Positions 19,661 to 27,724 of a stretch of DNA of 64,000 bases are shown in pieces. The stretch is taken from NCBI GenBank assembly GCA_963823495.1, contig CAWGLV010000001.1, forward strand, positions 835,878 through 899,877. The letters run 5' to 3'. The first letter of the stretch is position 1. Each line of letters opens with the position of its first letter. The stretch comes from an uncultured Microthrixaceae bacterium (lineage in GTDB: Bacteria; Actinomycetota; Acidimicrobiia; Acidimicrobiales; DATDAH01). The translations under genes were made by a program, and so were the position numbers. Under the pieces are notes generated by a model. The model saw only the letters and a list, made by a program, of their open reading frames with translations, made no database searches and was not told where the DNA came from.

Positions 19661-19690
19661 GCTTCCGGTCGTTTCAGGTCGCTTCAGGTC
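19661..19690. repeat. Three tandem 10-bp repeats G(C/T)TTC(C/A)GGTC in a divergent promoter region
   Basis: The three units gcttccggtc, gtttcaggtc and gcttcaggtc run head to tail. They lie in the 274-bp spacer between the hydrolase (minus) and the MMPL gene (plus). Confidence 0.6.
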
Positions 19691-19874
19691 TGTCAAAGGC
19701 GGCTCGGCGCATGCTCGGTCCAGGCCCACAGGACCGACCATCGAGCCCCAGGAGCACCCCTCCATGCCCCGATCCACGACTTCCGCCATCCCCGCGCCCC
19801 GTCCTCCGGTTGCTCGGTTGCGGTAAACCGATAAGAAGACCCGTTCCGCCCGCGGTTCTCGGAGGTCTCCACTC

Positions 19875-22229
19875 GTGTTCGCCCGTCTCGGTCCCTGGTG
19901 CCACGATCGCCGCCGGCTGGTCCTGGTCGGGTGGGTCCTCGCGCTGTTCCTCGTCAACGGTGTCGCCGGCGCGGTCGGCGACGGGTTTCGGGACGACCTG
20001 AACCTCCCTGACGTGGAATCCCGTGACGGATTCGACCTGCTCGACGCCGATTTCGGCGGGCAGGGAACGGGCTACACGGGCACCGTCGTCTTCCGCGCCG
20101 AGCAGGGCGTGGACGACCCCGAAGTGCAGGCTCGGATGGAGGAGCTCTTCACGCTGGTCGCCGGTCTCGATGACGTGACCCGGGTCGACAGCCCGTATGC
20201 GGAGGGGGGCGACCAGCTGATCTCCTCGAGCGGTTCGGAAGCCGGCGTGATCGCCTACGCCAACGTCGAACTGCCCGAGGAGAGCGACTTCAACCGGGCG
20301 GCGGAGATCCGGGACACGATCCTGGCCGAAGCGCCGGACATCGACGGCTTGCGCATCGAGCTGGGCGGATCCATCTTCGCCGACTTCGAGGAGCCCACCT
20401 CCGAGTTGATCGGGCTGGCGTTCGCCATCGTGATCCTCATCGCCGCCTTCGGTTCGGTGCTGGCCATGGGCCTGCCCATCGGCGTCGCCCTCTTCGGCAT
20501 CGGCCTCGGCTCGGCCCTCACGACCCTGCTGAGCAACCTCATCACCATCCCGGACTTCGCGCCCTTCCTCGGGGTCATGATCGGCCTCGGGGTGGGCATC
20601 GACTACGCGCTGCTGATCATCACCCGTCACCGGGAGCAGCTCCACGCCGGTCACGACGTGCGGGAGTCGATCGGCATCGCCATGGACACCGCGGGCCGAT
20701 CGGTGCTCTTCGCCGGCATGACCGTCGTGATCTCCCTGCTCGGGATGCTGCTCATGGGCGTGGCGTTCGTGCAGGGCCTGGCGGTGAGCGCGTCGGTCAC
20801 CGTCGCCCTGACGGTCCTGGCCTCGCTGACCCTGCTCCCCGCACTCGTGGGCTTCGCCGGTGAGCGGGTCGAACTGACACGACGGCGCGGCCTCATCGCC
20901 GCCGGCTTCGTCGCCCTCGGCCTCATCGGGGCCGGGCTCGGCCTGCCCGTGCTGCTGATCGGCTTCCCGATCGCGGTGGGCGTCCTGCTCCTCGGGCTCT
21001 GGCTGCCCTTCCTGAAGCGGGAGGTGCGCCCCCGGCCGCCGAAGCCCCGCCGGGAGACGCTGGCCTATCGGTGGAGCCGCATCATCCAGCACCGCCCGTG
21101 GCCGGCCGCCCTGGCGGGCACGGCGGTCCTGCTGGTGCTCGCCGCGCCGGTGCTGGGCCTTCGTCTCGGCTTCTCGGACGAGAGCAACTTCCCCGAGGAC
21201 ACCACCACCCGCCAGGCCTACGACCTCCTCGTCGACGGCTTCGGTGAGGGCTTCAACGGGCCGTTCCTCCTGGTGGCCGAGGTCGGCGAGGGCATCGATC
21301 CCGCCGCCTTCGGCGCGGTCGGTGACGCCGTGGAGGCCGACCCGGGTGTGGTCTTCGTGTCCCCCCCGTTCCCCAACGAACCGGAGGACCCGACCGCGTT
21401 CCTCTGGAACCTGGTCCCGGCCACCGGTCCGCAGGCGGAGGCCACCACCGAGCTGGTCGACCGCCTCCGGCGCGAGGTCCTGCCTCCGGTCGAGGCGGAG
21501 GTCGGCACCCAGGTGCTGGTCACCGGGGCCACACCGGTGAACGTGGACTTCTCCGACTTCATGGCGGGCCGCCTGCCGTACTTCTTCGTCGCGGTGCTGG
21601 TGCTGTCGTTCCTGCTCCTGATGGTCGTCTTCCGTTCGCTCCTGGTCCCGCTGAAGGCGGTGATCATGAACCTGCTGTCCATCGGGGCGGCCTACGGCGT
21701 CGTGGTCGCCCTCTTCCAGTGGGGTTGGCTCGGCGACGTGACCGGGGTGGCCCCCGCCCCCGTGGAGCCCTGGATGCCGATGATGCTCTTCGCCATCGTG
21801 TTCGGGTTGTCGATGGACTACGAGGTGTTCCTGCTCTCACGGGTCCGCGAGGAGTGGAACCGCACGGGGGACAGCCGCACCTCGGTGGCCGACGGCCTGG
21901 CCGCCACCGCCAAGGTCATCACCGCGGCGGCGGCGATCATGGTGGTGGTCTTCGGCAGCTTCCTGCTCGAGTCCGACCGCACGTTCAAGCTGATGGGCGT
22001 GGGTCTGGCCACGGCGATCTTCCTGGACGCCACCATCGTCCGCATGCTGCTGGTCCCGGCGACCATGGAGCTCCTGGGTGACCGGAACTGGTGGCTGCCC
22101 AAGTGGTTGGACCGGCTCCTGCCCACCATCGACGTCGAGGGCCACACCGAACTCGCCGCCCACCTCGACGACGACGACGACCGGGACCCCGAGCCGGATC
22201 CCGAGTCCGAGCTGGTCGCCAGCACCTGA
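19875..22229 (+). CDS. MMPL family (RND superfamily) transporter
   Basis: 784 aa with a GTG start preceded by GGAGG at 19861-19865. The layout is two TM bundles with intervening periplasmic domains and an acidic tail, typical of MMPL proteins. Confidence 0.9.
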   Translation: MFARLGPWCHDRRRLVLVGWVLALFLVNGVAGAVGDGFRDDLNLPDVESRDGFDLLDADFGGQGTGYTGTVVFRAEQGVDDPEVQARMEELFTLVAGLDDVTRVDSPYAEGGDQLISSSGSEAGVIAYANVELPEESDFNRAAEIRDTILAEAPDIDGLRIELGGSIFADFEEPTSELIGLAFAIVILIAAFGSVLAMGLPIGVALFGIGLGSALTTLLSNLITIPDFAPFLGVMIGLGVGIDYALLIITRHREQLHAGHDVRESIGIAMDTAGRSVLFAGMTVVISLLGMLLMGVAFVQGLAVSASVTVALTVLASLTLLPALVGFAGERVELTRRRGLIAAGFVALGLIGAGLGLPVLLIGFPIAVGVLLLGLWLPFLKREVRPRPPKPRRETLAYRWSRIIQHRPWPAALAGTAVLLVLAAPVLGLRLGFSDESNFPEDTTTRQAYDLLVDGFGEGFNGPFLLVAEVGEGIDPAAFGAVGDAVEADPGVVFVSPPFPNEPEDPTAFLWNLVPATGPQAEATTELVDRLRREVLPPVEAEVGTQVLVTGATPVNVDFSDFMAGRLPYFFVAVLVLSFLLLMVVFRSLLVPLKAVIMNLLSIGAAYGVVVALFQWGWLGDVTGVAPAPVEPWMPMMLFAIVFGLSMDYEVFLLSRVREEWNRTGDSRTSVADGLAATAKVITAAAAIMVVVFGSFLLESDRTFKLMGVGLATAIFLDATIVRMLLVPATMELLGDRNWWLPKWLDRLLPTIDVEGHTELAAHLDDDDDRDPEPDPESELVAST

Positions 22230-22238
22230 GCGACCCCT

Positions 22239-22290
22239 CGTTCTGGCGCCCGATTGCGGCGTCCCCGCGCCTCGATCAGGCGCCAGAACG
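22239..22290 (+). repeat. 52-nt palindromic intergenic element, type 1, copy A
   Basis: CGTTCTGGCGCC-N28-GGCGCCAGAACG with perfect 12-bp terminal inverted repeats. The inner 28 nt are also largely self-complementary. It sits between the convergent stops of MMPL (22229) and tdk (22305). Confidence 0.75.
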
Positions 22291-22304
22291 GGGACCGGTG
22301 GGGC

Positions 22305-22934
22305 TCAGCCGGCGTCGGTGAGGGCGGCCACGGTGGGGGCGACCCGGCCGGTCTCACCGGCCATCCAATGACGGCGGCAGAGCAGCTCGTAGCTGACCTC
22401 GGCCTCCTGGCCGGTGTCGCCGACCACGACCACGTCGCCGTCGTAGACCTGCACGCCGTCGACGAGACGGGCGTTCTGGGTGGCCCGGGAGCCGCACCAG
22501 CAGCGGGCCTCGACCTGCACCTCGACGCGCTCGTCGGCCAGTTCGAGCAGTCGGGCCGAGCCCGCGAAGAGGCGTCCGCGGAAGTCGGTCAGCAGGCCGA
22601 GGGCGTGCACGTCGGCCTCCAGTTCGTCGACCACCCGGGCCAGTTGCTCGACCTGGGCGGGCGTGTAGAACTGGGCCTCGTCACAGACCAGGTAGTCGAG
22701 GCCGCCGTGGCGGTCGGCGAAGCTGCGGCAGAGGTCCTCGAAGTCGAGCTTGGCCCCCACGTCGACGGCGTGGGCCGACACCCCGAGGCGGGAGGTGACC
22801 TGGGCCCCGTCCCGGTCCAGCTGGGTGCAGAGCAGGCCCCGCAGGTCGCGCGAGGAGAGGTTGTGGTGGATCTGGAGGGCCAGGGTGCTCTTCCCCGATC
22901 CCATCGTGCCGAACGAGAACCGCAGCATCCCCAT
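22305..22934 (-). CDS. tdk: Thymidine kinase
   Basis: Last 209 aa of track ORF 22305..24056. MGMLRFSFGTMGSGKST is the P-loop, followed by VCDEAQF and the zinc-site cysteines (ARCWCG...LCRRHW). Confidence 0.9.
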   Translation of the reverse strand: MGMLRFSFGTMGSGKSTLALQIHHNLSSRDLRGLLCTQLDRDGAQVTSRLGVSAHAVDVGAKLDFEDLCRSFADRHGGLDYLVCDEAQFYTPAQVEQLARVVDELEADVHALGLLTDFRGRLFAGSARLLELADERVEVQVEARCWCGSRATQNARLVDGVQVYDGDVVVVGDTGQEAEVSYELLCRRHWMAGETGRVAPTVAALTDAG

Positions 22935-22990
22935 GGCCGAAGAACTTACACGCGTGTGATTCGGGCGGGCCGACGGCAGGGGCCCGGCGC

Positions 22991-24793
22991 TCAGTACGAC
23001 CAGATGCGGTTGCCGTGGGCGGGGCTGGCGTGCCAGAAGACGTCGTCCTGCAGGTCCCCGTCGAAGTCCCCCGCCGCAGGCAGGGCGTAGGGCCGCTCCA
23101 TGGCGACCGAGTAGCCCCGGAACCTCCGGCCGGCCGTGCCGGTCCAGACCCGGTGCGACGCCTCGCCCGTCCGGAACCAGATGATGTCGCTGCGGTCGTC
23201 GCCGTTGAAGTCGCCGACGAGCGGGTCGGCGTCGAGGGCGAAGCCGACCGACCGGCCCACGAAGCCCCGGGCGGCGCCGAACCACAGGCGGTCGGGCGCG
23301 GCGCCGGCGCCGTACCAGAAGATGTCGTCGCGTTGGTCCCCGTCGAAGTCCCCGGCGAAGGGCACGAAGTCCCCGCCCACGTTCACGGGCTGGGGAACGA
23401 AGCCGTACGGGCTGCCCCGCCACAGCAGGTCCGGCGCCGTCCCCGGGCCGTACCAGAGGATGTCGCTGACCCGGTCCCCGTCGAAGTCCCCGACCACCTG
23501 GCCGCCGTACGCGCCGTCCTGGCTGCCGCCGACCTTGCGGAACGTCCGGTTGGCCCGTCCCTGCCACTGGCGGTCGGTGGTGGTGCCGGGGCCGTCGAAC
23601 CAGATGTCGGCGCGGCAGTCCCCGTTGAAGTCGCCCACGAGGGGGGTGAGGCCCGTCGGTGCGGTCAACGGCCGGGCGACGAACCGGCCGTCGGCCCGGG
23701 CGTAGCCGACGAAGCCCTCGCCCGTCGCCGGGTCGTACCAGAGGAGATCGTCTCGCCCGTCGCCGTCGAAGTCGCCGGCGAGGGGCCGGATCGTCGTCCA
23801 GTTCCGGCCGAGGGACTGCTCCTGGATCCGGCGCTGGTCGGGTGTCCAGCCCGCTGGGGCCCGGAAGGTCGGGTTCCAGTAGCTGACCCGCCCGGCTCCG
23901 CCCGCGCGGGTGAGGCTGAAGTGGACGTGGTCGGTGTGGGCGCTGGGGCCGGAGTAGCGCGCCCAGCCCCGATCGGTGTCGTACATCCGGAACATCCGGC
24001 GGTTCCAGATGATGTACATGATCCCGATGCGGCGGGCGTTGGCGAAGCGGCGGCAACTCGAGTCGGTGGCGAACAGCCAGTTGAACAGCGACTGCACCCG
24101 GTTCCGGTCGCGGGTGCGGCCGGCGTCCATCGCCCAGTCCCAGGCGCGACCCTCCTTGTGCTCACTCTGACCGCCGGAGCCACAGCCGCGACTGACGCCG
24201 AGGCTTCCCCCGCCGTAGCGGCGCTGGACGAGTCGTACGAACCGCGCCATCCCGGGCTTGGTGCTCGGGCTGCAGGTCGACTGGCCGTCGTAGTCCCCGT
24301 AGGGCTCGATGCCGCCGTTGAAGCGGGGCGTGGTCGGTGCCGCCTCGGCGCCCGCACCCTCACCGGTCACGGTGAACGAGCGCCGGGCGTAGCGGACCTG
24401 GTCGGCCAGGAGCGGGTAGACACATCGGGCCTCGAGGTGGTGTCGGCGGTCGGGGGTGCCCGCAGGAACCGCCAGGGAACCCGACCAGGCGCCGTCGTCG
24501 CCCACCGGGACCGTGGCGTAGGCGAACACCTCGCCGTGGCTCTTCAGGCGGACGACCACTCCCTCGCCGGGCTCGCGCGTGCCGACCAGGAAGCAGCCGG
24601 TTCCGGAGACCGCGATGGTCGTGCCGGTGGGCCCCGCCTCGGGCGAGCCGACGAAGGGGACACCGCTCGGGCCGGCCGGACCCCGCGATTCGCCTTCCCT
24701 GGCCGCGGCCGGAACCGGGACGACGGGGGCGGAGAGCACCACGGCCGCGGCGACGGCCAACGCGATCAGTGTGGGGGATCGTTTGCGGCGCAC
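22991..24793 (-). CDS. Secreted LAS-type zinc peptidase domain fused to FG-GAP/VCBS-like repeats
   Basis: GTG at 24793 (residue 340 of track ORF 22991..25810) gives VRRKRSPTLIALAVAAAVVLSAPVVPVPAAA, a signal peptide. Central domain motifs: SEHKEGRAWD (H-x6-D) and HTDHVHFS (H-x-H). At least six repeats of the (A/V)GDF(D/N)GD...D(I/L/V)(L/I/F)W(Y/F/H) type follow. The start is uncertain. Confidence 0.75.
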   Translation of the reverse strand: MRRKRSPTLIALAVAAAVVLSAPVVPVPAAAREGESRGPAGPSGVPFVGSPEAGPTGTTIAVSGTGCFLVGTREPGEGVVVRLKSHGEVFAYATVPVGDDGAWSGSLAVPAGTPDRRHHLEARCVYPLLADQVRYARRSFTVTGEGAGAEAAPTTPRFNGGIEPYGDYDGQSTCSPSTKPGMARFVRLVQRRYGGGSLGVSRGCGSGGQSEHKEGRAWDWAMDAGRTRDRNRVQSLFNWLFATDSSCRRFANARRIGIMYIIWNRRMFRMYDTDRGWARYSGPSAHTDHVHFSLTRAGGAGRVSYWNPTFRAPAGWTPDQRRIQEQSLGRNWTTIRPLAGDFDGDGRDDLLWYDPATGEGFVGYARADGRFVARPLTAPTGLTPLVGDFNGDCRADIWFDGPGTTTDRQWQGRANRTFRKVGGSQDGAYGGQVVGDFDGDRVSDILWYGPGTAPDLLWRGSPYGFVPQPVNVGGDFVPFAGDFDGDQRDDIFWYGAGAAPDRLWFGAARGFVGRSVGFALDADPLVGDFNGDDRSDIIWFRTGEASHRVWTGTAGRRFRGYSVAMERPYALPAAGDFDGDLQDDVFWHASPAHGNRIWSY

Positions 24794-24985
24794 GCCGAAG
24801 GCTTCGGTCTCGATTCGACTGGACTTGACCCTACTGAGCCACCACGTTGCGGGGTGGATCGCCGACGGGGCGGCCGACAGCCGCGCCGACAGGGGCTCCC
24901 GGCCGGCCGGGTACGGGCGGTGGTGGCGAGCCGGTCCGATGGCGTCGGCTCGTGATCCCGCGCCCTGGTAGGACACCATGGGGCC

Positions 24986-25882
24986 GTGGAAACGGTCATC
25001 GTCGCCGAGGGCGTGACGAAGCGCTTCGGGTCGGTCGTGGCCCTCGACGGCCTCGACCTCGACGTGACGGGTGGGCAGGTGGTCGGGTTTCTCGGGCCCA
25101 ACGGGGCGGGGAAGTCGACGACCATCCGCATCCTGCTCGACCTGGCCCGGGCCGACGAAGGTGCGGTCCGGGTGCTCGGCGTCGACCCCCGGATGGCTCC
25201 CGAGGTCCGTGCCCGGATCGGCTACGTGCCGGGCGAGTTGCGTCTCGATGACCGCCTGACCGTCGAGGAGACCTTCCGGTCGTGGGCCCGGATCCGGGGC
25301 GGGGTCGACCTCGGTCCCGCCTATGAGCTCTGCGAGCGACTCGACCTGGACCCCCGACGGCGGACCAAGAGCCTGTCGAGCGGGAACCGGCGCAAGGTCG
25401 GGTTGGTCGGCGCCTTCATGGCCCGACCCGAGCTGTTGATCCTCGACGAGCCCACTGGCGGCCTCGACCCCCTGGTCCAAGCCGAGTTCCAGCTGCTGGT
25501 CGCCGAAGCGGTGGCCGGCGGGGCGTCGGTGTTCCTGTCGTCCCACGTCCTGAGCGAGGTCCAGCAGACCGCGGACCGGGTGGTGGTCATCCGCGCCGGT
25601 CGGGTGGTCGCCGAGGGCGACGTGGCCGAGCTGCGTCACGCGGCCAGCCAGCCCTTCAGCGTGTGGTTCGCCGACGACGCCCCGACCGCGGCCCTGCAGG
25701 CGCTGCCCGGCGTCCACGACCTCGTCGTACGGGGCCGGGAGGTGTCCGGGGTCGTCGACGGCTCCCCCGACGGCCTCGTGGCCGTCCTGGCCCAGCACCG
25801 CCTCGACCACCTGCTCATGCCCGAGCCCGACCTCGAGCAGGCCTTCCTCTCGCTCTACGAGGAACCGGAGGCGGCGCCATGA
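24986..25882 (+). CDS. ABC transporter ATP-binding protein
   Basis: 298 aa with Walker A GPNGAGKST, signature LSSGNRRK and Walker B LLILDEPT. Confidence 0.9.
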   Translation: METVIVAEGVTKRFGSVVALDGLDLDVTGGQVVGFLGPNGAGKSTTIRILLDLARADEGAVRVLGVDPRMAPEVRARIGYVPGELRLDDRLTVEETFRSWARIRGGVDLGPAYELCERLDLDPRRRTKSLSSGNRRKVGLVGAFMARPELLILDEPTGGLDPLVQAEFQLLVAEAVAGGASVFLSSHVLSEVQQTADRVVVIRAGRVVAEGDVAELRHAASQPFSVWFADDAPTAALQALPGVHDLVVRGREVSGVVDGSPDGLVAVLAQHRLDHLLMPEPDLEQAFLSLYEEPEAAP

Positions 25883-26685
25883 GCGGTCCCGGGGGCGAGT
25901 TGGTCCTGCGGGGCATGGCGGCGGTCCGCCGGTCCGGGTTCTGGTGGGGTTTCGGGATCGTCGCCTTCGCCGTCGTCAACATGGCCTTCTGGCCCAGCTT
26001 CGAGTCGTCGGGCTCGCTGGCCGACCTCGAGGACTCCATGGGGTCACTCCTGGAGGCCTTCGGGGCCCAGGGCCTGAGCACGGCCTCCGGCTACATCGAC
26101 GGCCAGCTCTATGCCTTCCTCCTGCCGTTGCTCTTCTCGGGCGCGGCGATCGCCATGACCTCGGCGCTGACCGCGGGCGACGAGGACGCGGGCCGTCTCG
26201 AACTGCTGCACGCTCTCCCGGTGCGGCGGACCACGCTCTGGCTGGCTCGGCTGGGCGCCTCGGCCGCGGTGTTCGGTGGGATCGTGGCCGCGACCACCTT
26301 GGCCGTCGTGGTCACCTTGGCCCCCTTCTCCCTCGACGAGGCCGGCTATGACCGGGTGATCTTCGCCACCCTGGCCTGTGGCGCGCTGGCGCTGTTCCAC
26401 GCCTCGCTCGCCTACGCCGTCGGTGGGCTCGGCGGTAGCCGGGGCCTGGCGCTGGGTGCTTCCATCGGCATCCTCGTCGTCGGTTACGTGGTCGGGTTCA
26501 TCCTGCCCATCGCCGACGCACTGTCGGGCGTTCGGGGGTTCTCACCGTGGAACTGGGCCATCGGTGTGCAGCCGGTGACCGACGGCGTCAGCCCCGCACG
26601 CCTCACCCTCCTGCTCGTGGTCACGGTGCTGCTCGTCGCGGCCGGGACCTGGGGCGTGAACCGGCGCGACATCCGGACCGCCTGA
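25879..26685 (+). CDS. ABC-2 type transporter permease
   Basis: ATG at residue 73 of track ORF 25663..26685, with an ATGA overlap to the ATPase stop. Six predicted TM helices. Confidence 0.8.
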   Translation: MSGPGGELVLRGMAAVRRSGFWWGFGIVAFAVVNMAFWPSFESSGSLADLEDSMGSLLEAFGAQGLSTASGYIDGQLYAFLLPLLFSGAAIAMTSALTAGDEDAGRLELLHALPVRRTTLWLARLGASAAVFGGIVAATTLAVVVTLAPFSLDEAGYDRVIFATLACGALALFHASLAYAVGGLGGSRGLALGASIGILVVGYVVGFILPIADALSGVRGFSPWNWAIGVQPVTDGVSPARLTLLLVVTVLLVAAGTWGVNRRDIRTA

Positions 26686-26848
26686 CCCCGGGCCGGGTGT
26701 GCCCGCGTCATCGAGGAGAAGGGCCCCTGCGCCACGGCCGGCGGGACGTTCGTCCCTGTCTTCCCGGCCCGCCGCGGGGGACACTGGGAGCGACCGGAAC
26801 GATCAACCCGGTGGGCGTTCCTGTGTCCGACCGTGTGAGGAGCAACCC

Positions 26849-27703
26849 ATGAAGCGCACCACAGTGATCCTCGGCGTCCTGCTCCTGGTGGCCGCTGGCT
26901 GTGGAGACGACCAGGCCGCCGAGGACGGTGCGAGCGGGTCCACTTCGACGACGGCCGCGAGCGCGGCCGGTTCCACCACCTCGGTTCCCGACGGTGGTGA
27001 CGCCGAGGTGCGGGTCTACTTCGTCCGTGGGGAGTACGTGGCCACGGCGGGACGTTCGGTCGAGGCCCCGGCCGTGGCCCGGGGGGCGATGACCGAGTTG
27101 CTGGCCGGGCCCGATGCGTTCGAGAGCGACATCGGCATGACGACCGAGATCCCGGGGGATACCGAGCTGCTCGGCGTCGACGTCGCGGACGGTGCCGCCA
27201 CGGTCGACCTCTCCGGAGCGTTCGAATCCGGGGGTGGGAGCCTGTCCATGCAGCTCCGGGTGGCCGAGGTCGTCTTCACCCTCACCCAGTTCGCCACCGT
27301 CGACTCGGTGAGCTTCGAGCTCGACGGTGAGGCGGTCGAGGCCATCGGTGGGGAAGGGGTGGACGCCACCGACCTCACCCGGGCCGACATGACCGGCGTG
27401 ACGCCCTTCATCCTCGTCGAGTCTCCCGTTCCCGGAGCGACGGTGGCCAGCCCACTGGAGGTCAGCGGCATCGCCAACACCTTCGAGGCCAACGTCCAGT
27501 ACACGATGACCGACGGCGAGGGCCTCATCGTCGACGAGGGCTTCACCACGGCCGGCGCCGGCAACGGGACCTGGGGCGACTTCGCCTTCACGACCACCTT
27601 CGAGGTCCCCCGCGCCGGCCTCGGGGCCCTCGTGGTCTTCCAGGAGGACGCCGCCACCGGCGCCCAGGCCGACATCTACGAGGTGCCCGTCAACGTCGGC
27701 TGA
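26849..27703 (+). CDS. Lipoprotein with GerMN and Gmad2-like (Ig-like) domains
   Basis: ATG at residue 51 of track ORF 26699..27703, preceded by GAGGAG. MKRTTVILGVLLLVAAGCG is a lipobox. VRVYFVRGE...ELLAGP...VDLSGAF is GerMN-like. The C-terminal SPLEVSGIANTFEANVQYTMTD is Gmad2-like. Confidence 0.8.
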   Translation: MKRTTVILGVLLLVAAGCGDDQAAEDGASGSTSTTAASAAGSTTSVPDGGDAEVRVYFVRGEYVATAGRSVEAPAVARGAMTELLAGPDAFESDIGMTTEIPGDTELLGVDVADGAATVDLSGAFESGGGSLSMQLRVAEVVFTLTQFATVDSVSFELDGEAVEAIGGEGVDATDLTRADMTGVTPFILVESPVPGATVASPLEVSGIANTFEANVQYTMTDGEGLIVDEGFTTAGAGNGTWGDFAFTTTFEVPRAGLGALVVFQEDAATGAQADIYEVPVNVG

Positions 27704-27724
27704 CGAGGTCGTCGCGGAGCGGGC

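Noticed and set aside
22934-24056. N-terminal 374 aa of track ORF 22305..24056. Similar long N-terminal extensions occur on ORFs 7715..10969, 10222..12441, 10174..12666, 18692..19957 and 49397..51427.
   Set aside because: The recognisable protein starts at an internal ATG or GTG. The extension overlaps a neighbouring real gene in another frame or strand and is R/P/G-rich. I trimmed these genes to the internal starts.
24800-24850. Locally AT-richer stretch whose minus strand reads ...GGTGGCTCAGTAGGGTCAAGTCCAGTCGAATCGAGAC..., which superficially resembles tRNA D-loop and T-loop strings.
   Set aside because: I could not fold it into a cloverleaf. There is no acceptor stem and no GTTCGAATC T-arm with a complementary stem, and the length is wrong. 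It is more likely promoter or 5' UTR sequence of the FG-GAP peptidase gene.
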